This document shows positions 50,005-64,000 of a DNA stretch of 64,000 nt, piece after piece. The notes below the pieces were generated by a model. It saw nothing but the letters and a program-made list of their open reading frames with translations, searched no databases and was not told the origin of the DNA. Numbering within the stretch: the first letter of the stretch is position 1; each line of letters starts with the position of its first letter. Location: contig CM121342.1 of the NCBI GenBank assembly GCA_051530055.1, positions 5,083,489 to 5,147,488 of the forward strand, written 5' to 3'. The DNA is from Neoechinorhynchus agilis. Lineage: Eukaryota > Animalia > Acanthocephala. A program made the translations under genes and the position numbers.

Positions 50005-52611
50005 ATGACCCGGGAAAGTGACCCGTATTCAGGAGGAGGAGGATCGATTTCTCCGAACATGGACTACAACCGTAACAATGCAAAGATGGCTCGTTTGGAA
50101 GGTGGCCGTTGCCGTCGAATTGAAAGGGAAGACCGTCCAATCACGTTACCAGAGGCCAATGATCGTCTCCAAATGTTGATTTTTAAACTCGCCGAACGTG
50201 AACAAGAGAACATTGAAAGGGATATTGTGGGCGTAAGCAAAGTTATAATGGCTACCGCAGCTGCCAACAAACAACGAATGATCGAGTACATATTCCTGTG
50301 CATAACCAGTGTTCCCCATAAAATCCCCGTCTACACCGCACTTTGTGGACTCCTGAACAATAGAAGCCCCGAATTCGGAGAGCGGTTATGTGAGCTGTTA
50401 GGCGAAGAGCTCAGCTCACTGTTCGAAGCAGCTGATGAACTAAAGTATGAGCATTTCCGTTTCATGTTTCGGTTCACTTGTGACCTCGTGAATGCGAGTG
50501 TAGTTAGCTACCAATCGATCCTAAGTTTTATGAGGTCAACACTCGACTCGTGTGGTGCTTCGCAAAAAGGTGATAAAGTACACTTAAACGTGAACAGAAG
50601 AACCGATTTCCTCGTCTACTGCATTCTATCATCGATCCCGTGGTGTGGACGTCTGTGCTATAAACGAGCCCCTAATGATCTAAAACATATCGTTACGATT
50701 TGTACAGCCTATGTCAAATCCAATCGTCCCAGAAACTATTGCGCTTTTCTTCAAGTCTGGAACTATGCAGATCCACACGTCCAAGAAGAATATCTCGACT
50801 GCATTCTTGCTCAGATTGAAAATCTCGAGATTGATGAGTATAGCGAACTAGTGATTTGTCGCACTTATGATCTTTTCATTGATGCACTCGTTGATGCGCC
50901 TTCACACAATGTGCCAAATGTGACTTTTAGTCCCTTTAAAGAAAATGGCACATATCCTTTACCGAAAGTTATATTTAGACTTTTTGACTATACCGACGTA
51001 CCAGATGAATTCAATCTCCCTGGAAATCATTCCATCGAGCGATTCCTTATTGAAGAACAAATAGCCAATATTGTGTACGCGTACAGCAAAGAACGAATTG
51101 ATTGTGTAAAGTCATTGCTCGATCTTAAAATTCAAGGGAACGTACCAATCGATTATATGATCATCGAAGTAATCTACGGACTAATGCTCAATCTACCCAG
51201 ATCATGGAATATTCAACTCTTTTATTCTGTACTCCTTCTTGAGTTCTGTAGATTAGCACCCAATCGATTTCCAGAAATAATGGCTCAAACGACCGAACTC
51301 ATGTTTGATCGAATGCCCTCAATGAAGACGATCTGTAGAGAACGAATCATCGACTGGTTCGCGTACAACTTGTCCAATTTCCAAATCCGTTGGTCATGGG
51401 ACTACTGGACAAATATTTTTACGGTCGTTCCGAACACTACCATGGACGCGAATTTGGACGAAAGTGAGGTAGTGGATGAGATGGGAATGACTAATTTCAA
51501 CTCGCGAATGATCAATTACGTTCCTGACAAAAAGAATCACTACGCCAAAGTTCAGTTTATGATTGGTGTGATGGACAGACTCGTCCGTCTTTCGTTCCAC
51601 ACAAACGTAGAACACGTTACTCCGCCCCAATACCATTGTATAATACCCAGAAGCGGACATTATTTCTATAAATACGACAAAGCTTTTCGCGATCCACTTC
51701 TCCCCACAGAGCAAGACGAACTGGTGAACGACCCTCTTTTGTTGGCAATTAGCGTCCAACTCCGAGTTGCGATCTCGGAACGCCTTCCAAGTGACGACAT
51801 TCAAGAGATCCTTCAGAGTTACACAAGGATAGCGATCAAACAACCGGACGATGGAAAGTATTCGATTGCAACCAGGCGAATGGACGTACTTATGACTGTG
51901 TTAATGTGGGTTGGATCAAAGACAATAAGCCACGCTTATTCGCTCATTCATCGATATAGAACATTAATCAAAATGTTTATGATCGACGAGGAATGCGAGA
52001 TGGCGTGCATTCGTGCCATTTATGATGTGTGTCGAGAAAGTCGCCTTACACTTATTCTGTTCACCGATAAGCTTCTTCATTGCGAACTTATAGGAGTTTC
52101 TTCAGTTTGTCGGTTTATTTTCACTCTTGATCCCGCTGAACTTGAGAACAAGCATATTTGGGAGTTACTTCATAATGCCATGGAGTTCCAGCGACGTCAA
52201 ATCAACAAACTAAAGAACGCTTTGACGATCAATGATGATGGTGAGAGTGCGCAACTAACGAAACGAATCGATTTTGCGGATCGACAGTTTAAGGATGCCC
52301 TTTATGCAGTGTTTGATCGATTGATCAACGCTATTTCCCAAGCACACGAGCGAGAACAGAGGATTGAAGTCGAAGATGATGACTTCAACAATTTCAGGGC
52401 TCAGTTGTTATTGGAGCAGATGCATGCAATTTTCGCAAACAACCATCGATATATCAGGGAGATGATCGGACCTCTTAAAAAACTCGTCTTTACCAGTGAT
52501 ATAGATTTCATGGTTATTGATCTTTTTAATCAATACTGCGCCTTGTACAATGATGGTGACGTGGTCGTGCATAAAGGAAAGCAAGAGGATCACGATATAG
52601 AAATGGCCTGA
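50005..52611 (+). CDS. NCBP1: Nuclear cap-binding protein subunit 1 (CBP80), intronless
   Basis: 868 aa: PHKIPVYTALCGLLN, QEEYLDCILAQI, FRLFDY...LPGNHSIERF, RERIIDWFAYNLSNFQIRWSWDYW, RLSFH. Confidence 0.96.
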   Translation: MTRESDPYSGGGGSISPNMDYNRNNAKMARLEGGRCRRIEREDRPITLPEANDRLQMLIFKLAEREQENIERDIVGVSKVIMATAAANKQRMIEYIFLCITSVPHKIPVYTALCGLLNNRSPEFGERLCELLGEELSSLFEAADELKYEHFRFMFRFTCDLVNASVVSYQSILSFMRSTLDSCGASQKGDKVHLNVNRRTDFLVYCILSSIPWCGRLCYKRAPNDLKHIVTICTAYVKSNRPRNYCAFLQVWNYADPHVQEEYLDCILAQIENLEIDEYSELVICRTYDLFIDALVDAPSHNVPNVTFSPFKENGTYPLPKVIFRLFDYTDVPDEFNLPGNHSIERFLIEEQIANIVYAYSKERIDCVKSLLDLKIQGNVPIDYMIIEVIYGLMLNLPRSWNIQLFYSVLLLEFCRLAPNRFPEIMAQTTELMFDRMPSMKTICRERIIDWFAYNLSNFQIRWSWDYWTNIFTVVPNTTMDANLDESEVVDEMGMTNFNSRMINYVPDKKNHYAKVQFMIGVMDRLVRLSFHTNVEHVTPPQYHCIIPRSGHYFYKYDKAFRDPLLPTEQDELVNDPLLLAISVQLRVAISERLPSDDIQEILQSYTRIAIKQPDDGKYSIATRRMDVLMTVLMWVGSKTISHAYSLIHRYRTLIKMFMIDEECEMACIRAIYDVCRESRLTLILFTDKLLHCELIGVSSVCRFIFTLDPAELENKHIWELLHNAMEFQRRQINKLKNALTINDDGESAQLTKRIDFADRQFKDALYAVFDRLINAISQAHEREQRIEVEDDDFNNFRAQLLLEQMHAIFANNHRYIREMIGPLKKLVFTSDIDFMVIDLFNQYCALYNDGDVVVHKGKQEDHDIEMA

Positions 52612-53493
52612 TGAACTCATAGGTGGGGAGGGAGGTTATTGCGTTTGTGTGTTCACTGAGAAATTTGTTAAGTGTACGAGACACACGGATCTGGGTCCAC
52701 ACGTTTTCTCTAAGCTGCCTTCCCAATTCATTTTTTTTGATTCCTCCTTTGTTCAAATGAAACAAAAACAACATTCACTAACTTAGCCTTAATCTCACAA
52801 CGTTTAGAAGAACAATCTTCAGAGAATCTATGTAGAAACGGCACAACCAAACAAACAGCAGTAAAACGTGGAGATATTTTTGAAAGAACTAAAAAAAGTG
52901 GAAATTAAGATGAACACGCCCATTCTTAGTGTGCGTCCCAAGATTTTATTTGTACCATCGCTTCGTATATCACAAAAATCTACATGTACACTTTTGCACG
53001 AACTGTGAATGATTCAGATTTGAAACTTTCCTCCCTCTTCTTGGCGCCACATTGATCTCTTTGATTGAATCATTTGGACTGTGATGCATACAATATCTTT
53101 CCGGATTCTCAGATATCTCCAGGAGCCTTCAGTGTTTGTCAAACGGTTCACATAATCCACGATCGCCAATTGTCTGACAAAAAAGGGACGAAATACGTCG
53201 TCGATGAACGGAGGAAACTGAGAATCCGGAGAAAGATGCGTACAACAAACTCTTTTCTAATGTACTTCGTGCCAAGAAGGAAAAGTTAAGAAAGCCGGGG
53301 AAGGACTGTTTATTTTTTAATAAGAACTGGACGAAATTTGTTTCACTCGTTATCTGACAACAAAAAGAATCGATTAAGAGCGCTGGTATTTTCTATCAAG
53401 GAAGTTCTCAGCCAATTTTGCTCGTTGAAAAAAAACCACAATGGGAGTGGACGACTTTGTTAAAAACGATTTAGAAAGTGAGACCAAATTCAA

Positions 53494-54330
53494 TCACTCA
53501 GCTGACATGAAATCATTCATACCACCGCCTTTCTGGACGCCAAATAAAACGAAATTGTGATTTCGACTCAGGTCCCTGTATTTTGTCTTTTTGCGGTCCT
53601 CAGCGGCGGTTTCGGCTCCCCAGTGGCGAATTTTATGTTGGTGGCTGCGAGCGTTTTCCACGAACGTGGCGTCCCAGGGTTCCAAACGTTACGAGAATAC
53701 TGCGACACCGTCCAGTCTACGGTGGCCATCGAGCCGGCAAATATTGCTCGACTCTAGAATGTTGGGCGCATTCAGGACACGACTAAGAGAATTGCGTTCA
53801 CTTCGACGTGTCGTGAGTAATTTTCGCCAGATTGCCGACAGACGAGACTATGGCGTCCCGATGGTTCCACGGTCGCTCCGTAACGGTAGAGATGGGGACA
53901 CTGCAATCCTTACTGTCTCGTCGGAGGCGACTGGGATAGCGTTGAGCCAAGCATTAGATTGTCTTGTAGAGACTGTCGCCAATCGAGTTCAGGTCACGAG
54001 AATCTGAAATTAAAGAGTTATGAATTCTCGCTACCAGAGGTTAGCCCTAACTGGTCGTTTGCAATCATTGACGGGTAGTTGTTCGTTGCCCGAATCTCCA
54101 CACCAAAGATTAAGCGTCTCCACGAAATCTTCATCCAAAGTGTAATTCCCGCCAAGAACTATTTTGCGGCTTGCTTCATACGATCCCAAGAGAAATATCA
54201 GCTGTATTTCGGATACCCCAACCGTCATGTGACACAGGCAAGGACGGTCCGACAGCTGAGTATTTAAAATCCTCTCGAGCGAGGCTTTCAGCGTCTCGTC
54301 TAACTTTGCCATCTAAAAAAACGCGTTTTC
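53494..54330 (-). mobile_element. Degenerate CRE-like non-LTR retrotransposon fragment (post-RT region to RLE)
   Basis: LDETLKASLERILNTQL...FLLGSYEAS, SNAWLNAIPVAS..TVRIAV, WDATFV...AAEDRKKTKYRDLSRNHNFV, with multiple indels. Confidence 0.8.
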
Positions 54331-54496
54331 CAAGAAATGGGGATCGTAGACACTATGCTAATCAGTCTCTCTCCGAGACAATGTTGGCAAAACGATCAAC
54401 GTGTTATGCTAGGTTGTAAGATAGACGGAAAGGATTTCTTTTGATGCGTTAAAGGCAAGCGTCGAGTACACTGATATAAGTGCGGCGGTTCTCCTA

Positions 54497-55621
54497 GTGT
54501 CTCTGTTGATGCATCAAGGAATGGAATACTCGGACGACATGGAGAAACATCGCGGTCTTTTTAACTCGACTGAGTTTGATGACGAAAATAGACATGAGCA
54601 CTCGTCTATTCTGAAGACAGAGGATGGAAGTACCGCATTTTCGGAATCCAATGGTACCAGTGAGCAGCAGCAGCACCGTTTGGAGAGTACGAACGAGCAT
54701 ACGAATCAAAATTCGGACCAACTTGCGATTGGTGCAACAGATCAAGAAAGCAGCGATGTACAACCATTTGTCAATAATCGAACATGTCAAGCAAATTCAG
54801 TCTGTGTCGCGTTTTCTAGTCAGTCATTGAAGGACGATCGATTGAACGAGCAAGAAGTGAACGCACTTGAAGGCCGTGATGCTAACGAAGCAGCAAAACA
54901 CGTTATTCCGCATGGATCGGATGAATTGGATCCTCATGATGAGGGCGGCGTCGTTGATCGAAGCGAACCTGGTGATTCACAAATGGAATTGAGGAAGAAC
55001 GATTTCGAAGAACGAATTCACAGTGATCATGAAATTGACTTTTGTTCAATTAAAGATGTGAATGCAATCCGCGATATTGGCGACAACGAGGAAGATTCGC
55101 CTCTTTTAAGTGAAGAATCGGGTCTACGCAATGAGAAATCAGAGGAGGGTGCATTACCGCTTATTGTCGCGGTAGATCAGAATCAAGAAGCGAATTTGTG
55201 TCCGGATTCATGTGAACAGTGCCGTCAAAGCGATCGAGTTGAGCATCAATCTTTAGCCTCAAGTACTGATGGAAAGTTAGACCTTAATCTTTCCGATAGA
55301 TCAGAAGAAATCACTGTAGGACAGGAGGAATGCGGTAATGACGACGTCCAAATGGCATTAAAAAACGAGATTGTAGATGACATCTCAAACTCAGAACCTT
55401 ATGGAATCATTAAGACAAGCGATCTCATTGAAAAAGAATCCATCTTGTGCTCCCCCGAAATCCACAAAGTACAATCAAATGAAGAAAACAAAGCCGAAAA
55501 CATTGAAACCGTAAACCCATTTACCAATACCACCAGCCACAAAATAATGATAGGAGTGGCATTAGTGATTGGAATCACTGGTTTCATTTATGGGATTATG
55601 GTGCGTAGAGGCATTTATTGA
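54497..55621 (+). CDS. Acidic disordered protein with a C-terminal TM helix (tail-anchored candidate)
   Basis: 374-aa D/E/S-rich ORF ending KIMIGVALVIGITGFIYGIMVRRGIY*. No signal peptide. The true start is probably an ATG slightly downstream. Confidence 0.72.
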   Translation: MSLLMHQGMEYSDDMEKHRGLFNSTEFDDENRHEHSSILKTEDGSTAFSESNGTSEQQQHRLESTNEHTNQNSDQLAIGATDQESSDVQPFVNNRTCQANSVCVAFSSQSLKDDRLNEQEVNALEGRDANEAAKHVIPHGSDELDPHDEGGVVDRSEPGDSQMELRKNDFEERIHSDHEIDFCSIKDVNAIRDIGDNEEDSPLLSEESGLRNEKSEEGALPLIVAVDQNQEANLCPDSCEQCRQSDRVEHQSLASSTDGKLDLNLSDRSEEITVGQEECGNDDVQMALKNEIVDDISNSEPYGIIKTSDLIEKESILCSPEIHKVQSNEENKAENIETVNPFTNTTSHKIMIGVALVIGITGFIYGIMVRRGIY

Positions 55622-55718
55622 GCCAATTGATTTCGATAAAAAAAGATATTTTAGACAAAAAGGGTCCTTTTTTTGAACCCAAATCGCATCAATTTCACTT
55701 TAATGATTCCGAAATGTT

Positions 55719-56162
55719 TTATCTTTTATCAAAACGTCCACTGTCCTTAATAGCAGCTCTCAGATTAACACAAGCCGTCTTGACAGCATCGATTGTTTTG
55801 GAAATGATTTCATCATGATCTCCGCTTCCAGTCAGAATGTCTAACAAATGTTCTACTTCCGAACACATCGTTTCAGGGTCCTGGGAGCTCTCGGTACCGA
55901 TTTTAAGTGCCTTCATCGCACCAATGGACGCTTCACTCACTTTCTCCGAATCTCAAAGGAAAAATTACTATAAATGGGCCTAAATTGAGAACGTTACTCA
56001 CTGGGATCAGGAAACTTGTGCCTCTGAACCAATTTATCGTCTATGTCGAGGATTTCTAACGTACCCACAAAAATATCTAGTAACCCACGACATTATTTGA
56101 AGCTTCTTCAATTCCATCAGCGTTTCCTCGTACTTTATACCATTGTCCATGTTAAAATTCAT
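55719..56162 (-). CDS. Small orphan helical protein, probably 3 exons
   Basis: TTTTAG|ATG at 56162, a GTGAGT...TTTGAG intron, and last exon = ORF 55940-55719. Confidence 0.45.
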
Positions 56163-56469
56163 CTAAAATTAAAGAGAAGAATCAAAATCCGCGTTCAGTT
56201 GCCGACCATAGACAGATCCATAAAAACTTCTTTCTTTTGTGTAATGAGCGCCAACAGATGCTTCGATTGGCGATCGGAATCAATGTTCGTTGGGAATAAC
56301 TCTCATGGATTCTGAAAATATTGATTCCTTAACAAAGAAGCAGGGAACTTTAGAATAAATCACGTGTTTCTGACCGCAATACTGTGAATTCCATTGTCCA
56401 CTCGTCCAAAATCAACAACCGCGTTCAATGAACAAATCTACACATGAGTCCTATTGTTTGTCAATAAAC

Positions 56470-56670
56470 AAACGTCGCCAGGTCTGATGGTCCCTTGGAG
56501 CCGAGTGGGCCAAATCCTTCACTGAGCCCCGGTGCTGTAGCGACCGCAGCGTCGGAAAACGGTAACGTTGAGGAGCTGAAGGAGAGCTTCCATTTTGTGC
56601 CCTTTGGGAGATATCGATGATCCCTCGCAGTACCTCGGAGGGAATGCTGAGAAAGCGTAACCGCGGCTCC
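56470..56670 (+). mobile_element. Highly degenerate CRE-like RLE fragment
   Basis: KR..GLMVPWSR, PGAVATAASE...FHFVPFG and GDIDDPSQYLGGNA correspond to RPDG..PW, GAAAxxAE...FVPF and GD...QRGNA of the 44-kb copy. Confidence 0.55.
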
Positions 56671-57032
56671 ACAGAACATTATCTTCCAAGACTTGTAAAT
56701 TTTATCAAAAAAAAGATATAAGAAGTCTTCGTTCAAAATCCACTCATAATTTTTAACATTAAGTCGCTTCCTCAGAGCGTCATGTTTGTGTATTTGGACT
56801 CGGTCACCACACATCTACAAAATCATCGCGTCCCGTCCTCCCAAATGTATACTAGATCTTCACAATTACTAAATTTCGGAATTAAAAATCTTTTAGGCGA
56901 GTTTGAGAATTTGTAATAAACATTTTTGTTGTTGTAGGAGTTGTTTGACCGAATGTGAACGCGTAAAAACCAACGTAGTCAAATTTTTTGAAATCGCTAC
57001 ATTGTTTTTTCAAACGATCGCAGCTTAGTTCC

Positions 57033-59010
57033 ATGTCTAATTTAGCCGAAGAACTAGAGAATCTCGCCAAGAAGTCCCTATTAAGTTTTCAATACGACAA
57101 TGCTGTATTTTATGGTGAATTACTAAGAGCGCAGAACTACGCCAGTGAGAAGTATACGACCGAGTTAGCTGACATTTATCTACGATGCAACCGGCCAGAA
57201 AAAGCATATGAAACGCTCGTGATCTTTCCCGTGGAAATAAAGAGCGATCGAGCTCGATTGATATACGCCCAATGCTGCCTTGCTCTAAATCGAAACGACG
57301 ATTTTAACAACCAAATGATTAGCTGGACGTCGCGACTGATAGGGACCACGAAGGCAGACGGGATTGATCGAATCGATAAACTTTTCGAGGAAATGATGAC
57401 CCGTGATGTAGCACATCGACCACTGGACGTATCTACGATAGCCGCTTTTTTTGAAGCTGCCGGTCACATATATTTGAACCAATCGAACGAATACGTAGCT
57501 CGGCATTGTTTCCAAAAGAGTTATGACATTGTTCCCAGCTCGCTTTCGTGTATAAAGTCTCTTTTGGAGCACACTGAGGATCGTGAGGTCTATTATGGGT
57601 TTGATTTGCGGACGAAGCAATCGAATAAGCGTTCGGCTTCATTTGGCACAAAAACGAGCCCCGCTACCAAGAAACTTTGCAAACGAGACACTATGAATGT
57701 CCCTCAAAACGAAGATTCTCACACTTCTAGCATTGAGAAGTTTGGAGTTAATGAGATTATGCAGATTTATACACGAGCGTATCGTTATTTCTGCAGATAT
57801 GAGTGCCAAAAGGTGTTGGATGAACTCGATAAACTCGATATTCACTTGAATAGAGTGCATTCGATTCTTCTTCTAAAAGCATTTGCTTTCTTTGAAGTGG
57901 CGAGGTACGATAAGGCTCAAGCGATTTTTGAGAAAATAAGAAACGAGTACCCGTTGTCCATTGATGGATTTGATTATTACAGTTCTACACTTTGGTACAT
58001 TAACGACGTGATTGGTCTTGCAACGCTTACTCACCAATGCTCACAATTATACAATTTAAACCCGATTAGATTGGCTTTCTCTTCACCCCCAGCCCATTTA
58101 AAAGGGTTTCTTTTTTGCTAGAATTTGGTCCACAAACGTATAAAAAGGGTTACGATTTCGTAAAAAACGTTAGAATCTTTTTTCAGACTAGCAAATCCTT
58201 GAATATGTAAGAGAAAAGCATGAGGATACATGGTGCGTAGCCGGAAATAGCATGAGTTCACTCAATGATCACGAAGCGGCTGTTCGTATGTTCAAACGAG
58301 CAGCTAAATTAGACACTGGCGACAATAAGAAAACGAAGATGTACGCTCTAACACTAATCACAAGTGAATACATCTATTTGCAACGTTACTCCCAAGCCAG
58401 AAAACTTCTACGGACTCTGATAATGCTCGATCGTCGAAACTACCGAGCTTTTTTCAACTATGGCCTCATTTCATTTTATCAGCAAATTTATTCGGCCGCT
58501 GTAGCGAATTTCCGATCGGCAATGGAATTGAAACCAACCGACGTTTATCTCGTTTGCCAAACTGGAGTCAGCGAGTTCGCTGCGGGCGATCCAGTCCGAG
58601 CGCTGGAACTATTTGACCAGGCTCTGAAAATAAAAGAAATTTTTCTTTTCTACAAAGAAAAATATCTAATAGATCCTACCAATGAAGTATGTAAATTCCA
58701 CAAAGCAGCGGTTAATATGTGTATTGGACGCCTCGACCAAACATTTGCACTGCTGACTCCTCTTTTAAAGAAGAATAAAGATAGTAAACTCTATCACTAT
58801 CTAATGGCTAAAGCGTACATGGCAAAAGGAGACGGGACGATGTCCGCATTCCATCAACAAAATGGAATTTCGATGGCCAACGACCCAGTCGTTTATCGGG
58901 CTTTGGAGCAGTTGTACAGCGTGAACAACATTGCCAGGGGATTCCAAAGAACTTTGGAAGAAAAAGACGGTTCAGCTAATCAAGTGAAAATTGTAAGACA
59001 TTTTTACTAA
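57033..59010 (+). CDS. CDC27: Anaphase-promoting complex subunit CDC27/APC3 (TPR), one intron about 58065-58224
   Basis: YDNAVFYGELL, YRYFCRYECQKV, IDGFDYYSSTLWY, TWCVAGN...DHEAAVRMFKRA, DRRNYRAFFNYG. Confidence 0.9.
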
Positions 59011-59190
59011 ATCAGAGGAAGGAACGAGGCGAACTTAAAATGGACACTCAACTGTGCAATTCTTGACGATGAGTCAGTTGAGCAACCTTGGTTTTGTACA
59101 GTTCATTGAGATGTTCGTGGATCTAGAAATCGCAAATGTCATGCAATAAAGAAGCAAAAAAATTTTTATTCACTGGGAAACAAGATTTAT

Positions 59191-61577
<2,387 letters not shown>

Positions 61578-61930
61578 ATGGTTTGTTAACCGATTTCTCC
61601 CACGACGATGACCTTTGTTTTTAGGCAAGCAAAGCTCTCAGAAGACTGATTCCACTATTTGATCGTGTCCTCGTTGAACGATTTGCGCCCGAAACCAAGA
61701 CTAAAAGTGGAATCCTTCTGCCCGAAAAGGCTCAATCGAAAGTCCATACGGCCACGGTGATCGCTGTAGGACCCGGAATTCGGGATAGGGATGGTAAAAT
61801 GGTCAGCGTTCAATTGAAACAAGGAGACAAAGTGTTATTGCCCGAGTACGGCGGAACAAAAGTTGAACTAGACGATAAGGAAGTCTATTTGTTCAAGGAA
61901 CATGACATCCTTGCGAAATGGGAAGAATAA
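61578..61930 (+). CDS. HSPE1: Mitochondrial co-chaperonin HSP10 (not in the ORF track; intron 61581-61624 directly after the ATG)
   Basis: M|ASKALRRLIPLFDRVLVERFAPETKTKSGILLPEK...VAVGPG...GDKVLLPEYGGTKV...DILAKWEE*. Confidence 0.96.
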
Positions 61931-62492
61931 ATTTTTAGTACTTCAATTTACGCTCATTATCTGCATGCTATTCGACGAATTTGTACCTTTTCCCTTGCCG
62001 TTCAAGGCAATTTGGAGCGTTTTATTGTCGATTCTCGGACAATCCAGGACGAAGTGCGCTTTAGATGGAAAAAGGATTAAACTAAAAAGGCCAACGTTGA
62101 ACGTATCTTTATTTCTAACTCATCATTCTCGAAAAACTGTTTAGTCCCACGTTGGCACGCGATCCGCAGAAGTTCCAAAAGTTTTTATTCACTTAACGTT
62201 GTTCCTTTTTCACGTAGAAACGTTTTATTGGTAGAAAAGAATACATTTGATTCCTAAAATCAATTTTGCATCCGTTTACGCGCTCATTCTTTGATGGCTC
62301 ATCCGCAATCACCCAGGTTGAGAGACGTAATTTTGACTTAATTGAACTCGGAAACTAATTTTTTAAGGGAAACACAAATCATGCATTCTTGAGCTTATTT
62401 CCCTGATTACAGTGATACTCAAAAAGGAGATTTTATGAAAAGACGCTCAATTAAGATACTGAAAAGATTTTATTTGAAGAAATTAACCAAGT

Positions 62493-64000
62493 TCAAAAAT
62501 CCGTTTTGCTTGATACATCAGCTTTCCATGCGAGAGCCATCGCAGGAATACTGGCAACTCCACAATAGTTTTTTCCGTTTCGATAAATTCGGATATACCC
62601 ATCTTCTCCCCACGAATCTCCAAAGCTAAACTTCATTTGGCATATCACTGAGTTTTGGCCACTCACCTATTTTTGATCAACCAATAATCGGTAATACGTC
62701 CACAGTTCTCTTCACTGCCGTAACCAATAAGAAGGACGGCATGGTTTAATTTGGTTGCATCACAGGGACCGTCGTAGATACCTTTATTTTGGTAGTTCAA
62801 ATAAAAAACAATTAGAGAATTTCTGTTTAATATTTTGTGTGGTTCTACTCCGTTACCAAAAGCTGTAAAGTTAAATTGTTACATATTAAACAATGCTGAG
62901 TTCATATGATCTTGGCACTTTTGAAAATGGAACTGAAGCTAGAAAATGCAAGATCTTCTTATATATCGTTTGGGAGGATAATAAGGATTATATATTTTTT
63001 AGGAAATGAGAAACGTGGCGATGCTGCAGCTTAAATCTCACTGCACGAAAAAAAGTTCACTTGGACGATGACACTTTCACTCCGCTTCAAACCTGATCGA
63101 TAATTGATGAATTCACTGGCACTTCCATCGATTCCAACTGCGACTGGTCCAAATTGAAGCGCCTCCATTATCTTCCTTTCTTGGTTAGGAGTGATGCTAT
63201 GATAATGAATAACAAGGGCAACCGCATCAGATATTTGGTAGGAACAAGTGCCAGTCTCCTAATCAGAGGTTTTCACTGCAAGAACAAAAATTTCATACAA
63301 CCTTTCCTATATAAGGATATTTACGACTACTGGTCACGCCCATCATCTGAATGTATTCATAAGTGCTAATCAAAAGTCCACCTTGGCATCCATAATTGCC
63401 TGACCATGTGGAACAGTCGACTATCTGCTGCTCACTGAACGTTTCGGATTGATTGAGCATTAATTTATATTGTGCTTCGATCGATCCTATAGTTGTGAAG
63501 GCATAACAGCTTCCACAAATTCCCTGGTCCTTCACGGGTGAAATGATTCCCCTTTGACGCCAATCTAAGGAATCCGGCAGGTCCATTTGGATCTTTAAGA
63601 GGCCGTTCATCTCGTCAATAACGCGATTTACGTTCGGTTGGCGAAGTCCGTTTACGGATTTGCCATAAAACGCCTCGTCCTTTGAGTGACAAATGAGTAC
63701 ATGTGATTTTATCAATCATACTCACAACATCCGAGTAAATATTGAATCCCATTTTGAAACCTACTTTACCTTCTGAATGTTTGGCATTGTTCGCAATAAC
63801 TTTACGTGCTCTATCTGCAAACGCAAGTCTCTTTTTTTCTTGAACTCGAATAGATCTTTCATCGGGTTTCTCTGGAAATGAATCGCATGTTTGTATTCAG
63901 CCTAGACGGTCTTACTATAATATTTCTTGTATAGAGTATAAAGACTATCGATTTCTTCGTCAATATCAATTGCTCTCCCTTTCAGTTTCCCATGCTTCAT
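62493..64000 (-). CDS. Cathepsin L-like papain-family cysteine protease, multi-exon; 5' end outside the window
   Basis: I29 propeptide, LPDSLDWR, VKDQGICGSCYAF (catalytic Cys), LNHAVLLIGYG (His), WLIKNS|FGDSWGEDGY (Asn). GT-AG introns, several about 43 nt. Confidence 0.93.

Overview
This is 64 kb of a compact, AT-rich eukaryotic genome, almost certainly animal; it is not prokaryotic. Evidence: a FUBI-S30 fusion, head-to-head HSP60/HSP10, and GT-AG introns of about 43-47 nt alongside several intronless housekeeping genes. Recognisable genes are Sec13, a PAP2/lipid phosphate phosphatase, a TMEM8/PGAP6-family protein, FAU/RPS30, TATDN2, NCBP1, CDC27, HSP60, HSP10 and a cathepsin L-like protease, plus several orphan secreted or low-complexity ORFs. 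Repeats include Gypsy gag/integrase debris, four CRE-like non-LTR fragments, a Penelope-like remnant with inverted pLTRs, three tandem arrays (59, about 237 and about 196 bp units) and a 10-bp minisatellite. Most notable: (1) a cluster of bacterial-type genes at 27-34 kb, namely an intronless signal-less YbaY/YscW-like gene and two intron-bearing DyP peroxidases, with a hairpin satellite between them; (2) a 9-copy array built from the 3' end of the PAP2 gene whose 237-bp unit is stop-free and in frame with the last TM helix; (3) a BAF-like domain protein with a long N-terminal extension. No tRNA, rRNA or CRISPR array was found. All assignments come from motif recognition by eye with no database searches. 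Exon boundaries and some frame breaks may reflect assembly indels.
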